From assembly GCA_951406725.2 (NCBI GenBank), contig OX597836.1, forward strand, positions 14,880,001-14,944,000: a stretch of 64,000 nucleotides of DNA. The letters run 5' to 3'. Shown in pieces: positions 28,081 through 64,000 of the stretch. Within the stretch, counting starts at the first letter, position 1; every line of letters begins with the position of its first letter. The notes below the pieces were generated by a model. The model was not told the DNA's origin. It saw only the letters and a list, made by a program, of their open reading frames with translations, and made no database searches. The translations under genes were made by a program, and so were the position numbers. The DNA is from Octopus vulgaris (Eukaryota).

Positions 28081-28976
28081 AAAGGTCGCGAGTTCAATTC
28101 CCAGCAACGCGTTGTGTCCTTGAGCAAGACACTTTATTTCACGTTGCTCCAGTCCACTCAGCTGGCAAAAATGAGAAGTGCCTGTATTTCAAAGAGCCAG
28201 CCTTGTCACACTCTGTGGCACGCTGAATCTCCCCCAAGAACTATGTTAGGGGGTACAAGTGTCTGTGGAGTGCTCAGCCACTTACACGTTAATTTCACGA
28301 GCAAGTTGTTCCGTTGATCGCATCAGCTGGGACCCTCGTCGTCGCAACCGACGGAGTGCTCCTATATGTGTTCCTATATGTGTACGTGTTTATGTCTATG
28401 TGTATGCGTGTGTGTATATATATGTGTGTGTGTGCATCTACGTCTATGTGTATGTGTGTATGTTTGTGGATATGTGTGTGCATGTGTGTATGTGTGTGCA
28501 TATGTGTGCATGTGTGTATAAGTGTGCATATGTATGCGTACATATATCGGCATGTATAAGTGTATGTGTATATGTGAATATGCGTAAGTATATATATATA
28601 TATGTGTGTGTGTGCATATCTGAGTATATGTGTGCGAGTGTTCCTGAGTATATGTAATAAGACTCCGTCGGTTGCGACGACGAGTGTCCCAGCTGATGCG
28701 ATCAACGGAACAACTTGCTCGTGAAATTAACGTGCAAATGGCTGAGCATTCCACAGACACGTGTACCCTTAACGTAGTTCTCGGGGATAATCAGCGTGAC
28801 ACAGAGAGTGACAAGGCTGACCCTTTGAAATACAAGTACAACTCATTTTTGCCAGCTGAGTGGACTGGAGCAACGTGAAATAAAGTGTCTTGCTCAAGGA
28901 CACAACGCGTCGCCGGGAATCGAACTCACAACCTTACGATCATGAGCCGAATGCCCTAACCACTAAGCCACGCGCC
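28081..28976. mobile_element. Inverted pair of SINE family C (28081-28360 +, 28662-28976 -)
   Basis: Highly similar copies in opposite orientation, about 300 bp apart. Confidence 0.85.
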
Positions 28977-29389
28977 CTCACTGAGTATATGTAAGCACAT
29001 TATGACTGCTTGTGTATATGTGTATGAGTTTATGAGTGTACGTAACTGCATGTATGTTTATGTATGTGTGCGCATGTATAATGGCGTGCATGCACGCGTG
29101 TATGAGTATTATGAATATGTATGTATAGGTGTATGTATGTATGTATGTATGTATGTATATATGTATAGTTGTGTCTGTATCTATGTATGGATGTGTATAT
29201 GTACATATATGTATGTGTGTGCGTGCGTGCGTGTGTGCATGTGTGTGTGTATGTAAAAAGATTAACAAACACTTCCGTTCCAACTTTCCAGAGACAATCC
29301 TTAAGTGACCCACATTTAGTAGAGAACATATGAATATAGAAATTTTTTCTTACGTCAGAGCACGAAATGTTTACTGGAAAAAAAAGGAT

Positions 29390-29437
29390 ATACATACATG
29401 CATACATACACACACATACATGCATACATACATACAT

Positions 29438-29474
<37 letters not shown>

Positions 29475-29592
29475 TACATACATACATACATACATACATA
29501 CATACACACACACACATACATACATACACACACATACATACATAATACATACATACATACATACATACATACACACACATACATACATACAT

Positions 29593-29627
<35 letters not shown>

Positions 29628-29751
29628 TACATACATACATACATACATACACATACATACACACACACATACATACATACACACACATACATACATAATA
29701 CATACATACATACATACATACATACATACACACACACATACATACATACAT

Positions 29752-29784
<33 letters not shown>

Positions 29785-29803
29785 TACATACATACATACA
29801 CAC

Positions 29804-29838
<35 letters not shown>

Positions 29839-29859
29839 TACATACATACATACATACAT

Positions 29860-29892
<33 letters not shown>

Positions 29893-30020
29893 TACATACA
29901 TACATACATACATACATACATACATACACACACACATACATACATACATACATACATACATACATACGTACATACATACATACATACATACGTACGTACG
30001 TACGTACGTACGTACGTACA
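29390..30020. repeat. (TACA)n/(CA)n compound microsatellite
   Basis: Direct reading. Confidence 0.95.
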
Positions 30021-30624
30021 TGAATACCTGTAATTATTGGAAGCCTAATTACCAGTCTTGAGAAATAAGACTTCTCAAAATCGATGGCTACAGATCCAGT
30101 CCATCACTGGAACAGTAACGTTCAGTAAAACTTTCCAGAAGTTTATCATTTAAATATATGTGAGCATGATTAGATATGCTGCTATATGCATGAGAATACA
30201 TATATAAAGCAAAACATACAAATCTGCATATATACATACATACACACATACATACATACATACATACATACATACATACATACATACATACACACATACA
30301 TACATACATACATACATACATACATACATACATACACACATACATATATACTCTGTTGAAATTCCAATGAAGGAATTTTGTCAGTGATCAGGTCGCAATC
30401 TCAAAGCAAAGAAAATATTTTGTTTGTCCCACCAACATCGCTTGACAACCGATGCTGGTGTGTTTACGTCCCTCGTAACTTAGCGGTTCGACAAAACGGA
30501 CCGATAGAATAAGTACTAGGCTTACAAAGAATAAGTCCTGGGGGTCGATTAGCTCGACTAAAGGCGGTGCTCCAGCATGGCCGCAGTCAAATGACTGAAA
30601 CAAATAAAAGAATAATTGAATATA

Positions 30625-30697
<73 letters not shown>

Positions 30698-31263
30698 GCA
30701 CACACGCACACACATGCACACACAAACATACACGCTCACACATATACACAATTTCTCACGCACACAAGCAAAACAATCTGAGAAGTAGAAAACTACCGAA
30801 ATCTCACGATTATTTGTCTGGAGTTAAGCGTAGACGGCCGAACCTTCTCGACTACTTCTCGACCGAGTGAGAAGTCGTTTCAATACGTCAGTCGGGAGTG
30901 CTTTAGAAAACAACATAAAACAACATAAAACAAAACAAAACAATAGCAGAAGACAATATACAAACCAATAAAAATGTATATCCGTGTTTGGAATAGGTTT
31001 TTTTTCTTCTTGTTTTTTTTTTCTTGCCTCTTCGCGTGAACTCCTTTAAAATGGATAAGGAAAGTGGAGAGAAAAAAAATGCAAAAAACATCAGAAGGAA
31101 ATAAGTGCCACTATCTTTTGTCTTCTACAAGTTTCAGTTATTAGACTGCGCGCCTATGCTGGGGCACCGCCTTCAAGAGTTTTCACTTAAACCTATTGAC
31201 CTCATTGCTTTTTGCTTTTTTTAAGCCTTGCACTTATCCTATCGGTTCCCTATACCGAACCGC

Positions 31264-31332
<69 letters not shown>

Positions 31333-31344
31333 CAGTCTCTAATA

Positions 31345-31384
<40 letters not shown>

Positions 31385-31435
31385 GTTCAGAGTTGCGGCC
31401 ATGCTGATGCACCGCCGTTTTGTGCTACACTGTTA

Positions 31436-32190
31436 TTACGAAGAGCCTCCTCTAATATGTGGCACTTGGTGAAGAATGGAGTTTGATATAGCTACTCTCA
31501 TTTGCACTCTCGACAGGAAGATGTCCAGCTTTGATTTAAAAACCGCTACATCTACTTTGTACAAGTTCCTCAGACTCTTTGGGAGAATATTAAAGAGCTG
31601 TGGGCCCTTGAAACCCAGGGTGTTGCAGTAGCTGGTCCTGGAGCGTGATGGCATTGCTGGGATCTTTGGCACTGTACAGTGTCGTCCCGTTCTAGCATTG
31701 GTGTAGCTTACAATGCTAAAATTTAGCACAATTCCTTCCAGGATCTTCCAGACATATATTACTGCATACCTCTCCCGTCGTCTCTCCAGGGAGTAGAGTC
31801 TTAGCTGTTTCAACCTTTCCCAGTAGCTGAGCTGTTGCAAAAAGACGATCTTCTTTGTGAATCGTCTCTGGATTGCTTCAAGGTCCGCTGTTAATTTCAC
31901 ACTGGTGGATGACCATAGCTGTGAGCAGTAAACCAGGCGGCTGAGGACGAATGTCCGCCAGAGGACCATCATGGTTTCCTTATCTCTGGTTCTGAATGTT
32001 CTTAGGATCCATCCAGTCAGTCGTCTGCGCTTTGTCGCCATCCTGGTAATGTGCACTTGGAAAGAGGTATCATCACTCATGTCGATACCCAGGTCCCTCA
32101 CAGACTAAGGCTTTGGGATTGAAATTCCCTGTGGACCGGTGTATCCTGTAAGTTTAATATTCAGTTTTGGATCCTGGTAGCGCAGGGTCT
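31436..32190 (-). mobile_element. CR1-group LINE ORF2 C-terminal fragment
   Basis: RDLGIDM...GWILRTF...SRLVYCSQLW...LEAIQRRFTK...LSYWERLKQLRLYSLERRRER; 221-aa ORF. Confidence 0.9.
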
Positions 32191-32192
32191 GG

Positions 32193-32245
<53 letters not shown>

Positions 32246-32371
32246 TTCTACTATATCGTAGGGCTGACTAAAGCCTTGTGAGTAGATTTGGCGAAAGAAG
32301 AACTCCGTATGTATGTATGTATGTATGTATGTATGTATGTATGTATGTATGTATGTATGTATGTATGTATG

Positions 32372-32462
<91 letters not shown>

Positions 32463-32464
<2 letters not shown>

Positions 32465-32643
32465 GATAGGTCGTTAGCCACTACACACATTTTTTTCTCT
32501 CGTTTTTTCTGTGTCCCTTTCTGTAGAAGAGCGTAGACCCGAAACGTAAAAGACTTTTTCTATTCCTGAGCGTTATACTAATACATCTGTTTGTTTTGTA
32601 CACCACCTGTCTTCGTCTTTTGTTTTTTTCGTAAACTCTCCCT
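32463..32643 (+). mobile_element. Family H1 copy between (TA)n tracts
   Basis: ccttt-CTGTAGA-A-GAGC-gtag-ACCC-GAAA-CG-TA-aaaga plus conserved tail ending ctctccc(TA)n. Confidence 0.65.
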
Positions 32644-32658
32644 ATATATATATATATA

Positions 32659-33300
<642 letters not shown>

Positions 33301-33824
33301 AAAGTGTTGGTATTTTTGAAGACGCGGCCATGCTAGTAATAGTAATGATAATAATAATAATGGTTTCAAATTTTGCCACAAGGGCAACGTTTTGTGGAAG
33401 GAAAAGAGACCAATAGAAAAAGTATAAAGCTGAAAAAAATCAAGTACTGTAGTCGATTCGTTCGACTAGAAAAATTTTTCGACGTGGTACCCCAGCATGG
33501 CCACAGTCTAATGACTGAAACAAGTAAAAGATAAAAGATATCCGTTCTCAGATGTAGAGACAGTTAAGTGGAATAAAATTTCTTCTCCGGTCCGAACAGC
33601 TTCTCTCGGCGTCAGCTTGGTCAGTAAAATGATCGCTTTGCCGACTTTTTATTACACACTTAAACACACAATAGACAAAATTCCTAAAGCGATTAAAACA
33701 AATAAAGTTGCACAAAGTAGAGTTGGAAAAATTAATAAATAAATAAATGAACTGGTACATTAATCATCAAACTCTTCAATACACTCACACACACACACAA
33801 CATAATACATACATACATATATAC

Positions 33825-33917
<93 letters not shown>

Positions 33918-34221
33918 TATTAGGGTATCTGAGAGATACCACCAAGCTGAAATAGCAGTCAAAACCCTGACCCTAAAACCACCTTAAATGTTCATATCGC
34001 GCCACGAGATAAGACAGAGAGACAAAATAAACTAGCAAAAAAATACTATTTTACTGGATAATTCAAGATCCTGGATTTCTGGCTTTGCTTCAGAGAAGCT
34101 CTGTCTTCTTCAGTTGAATATACCACATAAATACAGATATATATACACAGAACATACGTTATACTTACATATACGAACGCTCATACATACATGATATACA
34201 CACACACACACGCGCGCGCGC

Positions 34222-34663
34222 ATAGGAAGGCCTTCTTTTTTTCTGTTGAGGGCTTATATGCCCCTTTATTAGATTATTTTCCTTAGTCATTGCACGGTGA
34301 TCGCCATAAGCTTTCAGCTTATATAAAAATACCATTATTATTATTTACAGGATTGTAAAAACGGTGCCGTAAAAAAAAAAAAAACATTCGCACCAAAAGC
34401 ATATAGGAATTTTGTTTACATAAAAGCAAATACGAACTAATATATAGTTCTTAAATTTGACAGAAAAGGGATGCTGATTCGCTAGTGTAAAGGTCGCGTT
34501 AACAAAAAGATGTGGGTTCGACTCACACACGGGTAGGAAAGCCTCCTTTTTTTCTGTGGAGGGGCTCATACGCCCCTTTATTAGACTATTTACCTTAATC
34601 ATTGCACGGTGATCGCCTTAAGCTTATATAAAAATACCATTATTAGTATTTACAGGATTGTAA
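34222..34663 (+). mobile_element. Partial tandem pair of the tRNA-like-containing repeat family
   Basis: The 5' part of 34222-34395 matches the 3' half of 34410-34663; homologous to 61381-61615 (-) and 61625-62335 (+). Confidence 0.6.
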
Positions 34664-34845
34664 ATCATGGAGGGTCAAAGTTTGAAACAAAAACAAGACA
34701 GTGGAGGCCAAACGAAAACAAATATGGAGGGTCGTTAGACCAGAACAAGAGGAAAATAGTGAAGGCTGGGAGAAACATTTTCTTTTTAGAGAAAATATAG
34801 GAGAGAGAGAAAAACACGTCCGTTCTTTTGAACGTCCGTGCAGGA

Positions 34846-34893
34846 AAAAGATGGCCACGTGAGGAAAGGAAAGATGGGCGATGGTCACGTGTG
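34846..34893. promoter_or_regulatory. Candidate promoter/enhancer: two CACGTG E-boxes 30 bp apart with a YY1-like AAGATGGC
   Basis: CACGTG at 34856-34861 and GTCACGTG at 34884-34891 in unique sequence about 1.1 kb upstream of kinase coding exon 1. Confidence 0.3.
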
Positions 34894-35137
34894 AGCAACT
34901 AGAGAGAGAAAAGAGAATGAGGAGAGAGAGAGAGAGACAGATAGAAAACTGTGGAAGAGGGAGGGGGAGAAAGGGGAATTAGAGAAGGATGGAGGAAGAA
35001 AACTGTATAGAATAGAGAGTCGCATCAAAAAGGTGAAGATAAACTTACTTGAAGATGTATGCTTCGCATTCAATTAAATAATAAATAGTAAATAACATAT
35101 ATATATATATATGTATATACATACACACATACATACA

Positions 35138-35199
<62 letters not shown>

Positions 35200-35264
35200 G
35201 TTGTCGGTTGTCTACCTACTCCTCATTTCGTCGACTTTGAGAAAAAAGTCGTATTCTTTTTAAA

Positions 35265-35312
<48 letters not shown>

Positions 35313-35475
35313 CCTAAGTTCTTTTTAACTAAATATGGACAAGCTGTTTTTATAGCCTTATCTGCTTCGAGTTTCAAGATTCCAAAAAAAAGATAAGAAA
35401 TACTCAACATTTTCTCAAAATTTCTAAAATCATAAGATACAATATATATGTATGTGTGTGTGTATGGATGGATGG

Positions 35476-35535
<60 letters not shown>

Positions 35536-35787
35536 CCTTCGAAACGTAGAGTAGATGAAACCATAGCGACTGAAGAAGGGTTTTTTTCTTTGTGTTAATT
35601 GTCCTGTACTCTATTTTTTTGTTGTTTTTAAAAAATGTCCAGTTCCTTTGGTTTGTGTCTATGTTTTCGTTTCTCATTGCGTTCGACGTCCTTTTGGTGT
35701 CCTGTACTCATATATGCGTGTATATGTACATGTAGAGGTGGGTACGTACATATATGTTTATATATATGCATATGTTTTATTTTATTT

Positions 35788-35830
<43 letters not shown>

Positions 35831-36007
35831 TGCATGTATATATATATATATATATATACAATTATACGTATGTATGTATATATATATAATTATATGTATG
35901 TATGTATATTTGATTTGTTTCTTTTTTCATTAATGATATTTTTTTATTTTATTCTAATTTCTCCAGAATCGCTTTAACGACCTCACCAGCAAAAGCATTT
36001 TTAAAAA

Positions 36008-60846
<24,839 letters not shown>

Positions 60847-60855
60847 GATATATAC

Positions 60856-60898
<43 letters not shown>

Positions 60899-61056
60899 CA
60901 TTGGAGCATAAGGTGTGATAGCTCTCAATTCACACAAAGGCAGATTACATCACGAATTATGAACTAATTTTACGCTCATAATATGCATTATATTTCTGCT
61001 TTAGAGATATGCATTGTGCTTTACAGCATTTATCTATTCTTTATACATACATATAC

Positions 61057-61088
<32 letters not shown>

Positions 61089-61141
61089 ATACACACAAAC
61101 ATACATATATATGTATGTGTGTGTATGTATATGTATGTATT

Positions 61142-61183
<42 letters not shown>

Positions 61184-61324
61184 TGTATGTGTGTGTGTGT
61201 ATGTGTGCGCTCGTGTGTGTGTGTGTGTGTGTGAAGAAAGGTCTTCTTAAATTAAAATTTATTAACTATGTAAAAAATATATTAGAAACAGAATGACGGA
61301 ATCCTTTTGTAAAGATTCATTTGT

Positions 61325-61330
61325 AATAAA
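61325..61330 (+). terminator. Candidate polyadenylation signal (AATAAA) of the kinase gene
   Basis: First AATAAA I found downstream of the stop codon (about 480 nt); another at 61445. Confidence 0.3.
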
Positions 61331-61484
61331 CAATTATATATACACACACACTCATATATATATATATATATATATATATACAGTATTCTTATATAAGCTT
61401 AAGGCTTATGGCGATCACCATGCAATGACTAAGGAAAATAGTCTAATAAAAGGGCATAAAAAAGGATACAAAGAAGGCTTTCCT

Positions 61485-61555
61485 ATCCACATGGGAGTCG
61501 AACCCACATCCCTTTGTTAACGCGACTAAGCGTGTTACCTTTACACCAGCGAATC
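61485..61555 (-). pseudogene. tRNA-like cloverleaf inside a dispersed repeat (not a canonical tRNA)
   Basis: Acceptor-like ATTCGC/GTGGAT, D arm GTGT-aaaggta-ACAC, T arm GTGGG-TTCGACT-CCCAT; aberrant anticodon arm lacking U33. Confidence 0.55.
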
Positions 61556-61717
61556 AGCGTTCCCCATTCCATCAAATTTAAGTTTGTATTTGATTTTTTT
61601 GTAAACAACCGAAAGCATGTAGAAAGTTTGTTTACATAAAAGCAAATACAAATTAATATATAGTTCTTAAATTTGATAGAAAGGGGAAAGGTTTGTTCAC
61701 TGGTGTAGAAGTAACAC

Positions 61718-62106
61718 GTGGAGGCGCAATGGCCCAGTGGTTAGGGCAGCGGACTCGCAGTCGTAGGATCGCAGTTTCGATTCCCAGACCGGGCGTTGTG
61801 AGTGTTTATTGAGCGAAAACACCTAAAGCTCCACGAGGCTCCGGCAGGGGATCGTGGTGATCCCTGCTGTACTCTTTCACCACAACTCTCTCTCTCTCTA
61901 CTTCCTGTTTCTGTTGTACCTGTATTTCAAAGGGCCGGCCTTGTCACTCTCTGTGTCACGCTGAATATCCCCGAGAACTACGTTAAGGGTACATGTGTCT
62001 GTGGAGTGCTCAGCCACTTACACATTAATTTCATGAGCAGGCTGTTCCGTTGATTCGGATCAACCGGAACCCTCGTCGTCGGAACCGACGGAGTGCTTCC
62101 ATCCAC
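61718..62106 (+). mobile_element. SINE family B, full length
   Basis: Family match; TSD AAGTAACAC. Confidence 0.9.
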
Positions 62107-62336
62107 AAGTAACACACTTGGTCGCATTTACAAAGGGATGTGGGTTCGACTCCCACGCAGATAGGAAAGCCTACTTTTTTTCTGTCGAGGGCTTATATGC
62201 CCCTTTATTAGATTATTTTCCTTAGTCATTGCACGGTGATCGCCATAGGCTTTCAGCTTATATAGAAATACCATTATTATTATTTACAGGAATTGTAAAT
62301 CACAGTGCTGTAATAAAAAAAAAACATTCACACTGA

Positions 62337-62388
<52 letters not shown>

Positions 62389-62569
62389 TGATAAAAATGG
62401 TAATATAACAAAAGAATGAAAGAGACCTCGATATTATGTAAATAGAGGAATTTATCTGTAAAAGTAATATGTGTATCACGACGTGGATTTCCACCTCGGC
62501 ATCCGAAACTCGGAGTTTTACTATGGCTACCGAATAATTGTCACATATTACACACACACACACACACAA

Positions 62570-62693
62570 CTCTGAGTGTTGTATAAATACCAAGGAATGA
62601 TTTCTGTTGCTGAAAACTATATACATACATACATACATATGTATAATTTTCAGCAAAAGAATTCATTCCTTGATATTTATACAACACTCAGAG
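62570..62693. repeat. Small foldback element with about 50-bp arms
   Basis: ctctgagtgttgtataaata.caaggaatga.ttct.ttgctgaaaa mirrored around a (TACA)n spacer. Confidence 0.75.
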
Positions 62694-63276
62694 CACAGAA
62701 TGGTTACTTAAGGCTCATAATTTCATGTTAAGTTTCATGCAGTTAACTGGCAGTTCATGCAGTTACATGCACTCAAGATCAAAGCCATATGTCAATGGAT
62801 CAACGAAATGCAGGCTTTGCACAACAGAAAGCACACATTTTTATTAAAAGAAAATCGAAAACAAGAAAGAAATGGCTCTGGAAGCAGCTTGAATACCAGT
62901 AATGAAATATTTAGAACATGCACCCACATGGATAAATATATTCTAAAACAGTGACATAATCTGCCAAACCAGTCTCAACCCTTATATGACGCCTTCCTTG
63001 CCAGATCGACATGCGTGCATTTAAGATTTATAACTTACTTGCATTCACAACCATAAATATGCATTTCCTTCTTTCCACATGCAATTTCATGTACATATTT
63101 TCATTTATGAAAAGGGATATTTTTGTTGATACATCAAGGTGTTACTTCTTGCAAATATCCAGTCCAAGGGCTTTAATTTGATTTTAAAATATCTATGATA
63201 TCACATGCATTTACACAATCTCACATATCATCTCCATGGTTTCATTTTATTATTATTAATATTATTGTTATTATTA

Positions 63277-63308
<32 letters not shown>

Positions 63309-63420
63309 TCCTCTCGCACCTTCACTTGTAGCCACATTTGCTGAATGCCAAGCTAACCAAAATTTGTGCTCTTCTTTTGGACAATCGGCATGAAATTAAA
63401 TGAAACTTAAATATCCATCC

Positions 63421-63729
63421 TATATATATATATATATATAATATGAGGAAATATTATTCCAAACTTACAGGGAAACATTCAATTTAGAAATACTAAATCA
63501 AATTTCACAAAATATAATATATATATATATATTTTTTTTTTCATTATTGAATTGATAAAAGGTGTTTTTTTTCTAATTTATATATATATATATATAATAT
63601 GAGGAAATATTATTCCAAACTTACAGGGAAACATTCAATTTAGAAATACTAAATCAAATTTCACAAAATATAATATATATATATATTTTTTTTTTCATTA
63701 TTGAATTGATAAAAGGTGTTTTTTTTCTA

Positions 63730-63780
<51 letters not shown>

Positions 63781-64000
63781 GAGGAAATATTATTCCAAAC
63801 TTACAGGGAAAAATTCAATTTAGAAATACTAAATCAAATTTCACAAAATATAATATAAATATATATATATATATATCTTTCATTATTGAATTGATAAAAA
63901 GTGGGTTTTTTTCTAATTTATATATATGTATATATATAATATGAGGGAATATTATTCCAAATTTACAGGGAAAAATTCAATTTAGAAATACTAAATCAAA
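63421..64000. repeat. AT-rich tandem repeat, unit about 155-180 bp with variable (TA)n, at least 3.5 copies
   Basis: tataatatgaggaaatattattccaaacttacaggg recurs at about 63437, 63593, 63773 and 63935. Confidence 0.9.

Larger units (their letters stand above)
61381..62335. mobile_element. Inverted pair of the tRNA-like-containing repeat; the + copy is interrupted by a SINE
   Basis: Minus copy 61381-61615 and plus copy 61625-62335, the latter split by a SINE at 61718-62106 with TSD AAGTAACAC. Confidence 0.6.

Noticed and set aside
34075-34120. Hammerhead-like CTGAAGA on the minus strand
   Set aside because: GAAG instead of GAAA and no convincing stems I/III; may be chance.
63421-64000. CRISPR-like or coding array
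   Set aside because: Whole-unit AT-rich tandem repeat differing mainly in (TA)n length.

Overview
AT-rich, microsatellite-saturated animal genomic DNA. The tRNA-derived SINE families and dense (TA)n/(CA)n/(TATG)n/(ATT)n tracts suggest a cephalopod, probably Octopus (inference, not verified by search). The one well-supported gene is a complete 10-coding-exon Src-family tyrosine kinase on the + strand (ATG 36008 to TAA 60846, 1506 nt, 501 aa; Gly2/Cys5 N-terminus, SH3, SH2, kinase, C-terminal regulatory Tyr), assembled by hand with all splice phases consistent. The rest is mostly mobile DNA: four SINE families; CR1-, Tx1-, RTE- and R4/Dong-like LINE fragments; non-autonomous Helitrons; a deleted mariner; hAT and other MITEs. 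Nearly all long ORFs in the supplied track are microsatellite artefacts. The most unusual signal is several families of short elements next to (TA)n/(TG)n tracts that carry minimal type I hammerhead ribozyme motifs, often in palindromic or inverted arrangement, resembling Penelope-like pseudo-LTRs or retrozymes. One of them supplies part of a kinase splice donor. Also notable: a SINE sharing its 3' tail with a microsatellite-inserted Tx1-like LINE, and a repeat with an internal tRNA-like cloverleaf on both sides of the kinase gene.
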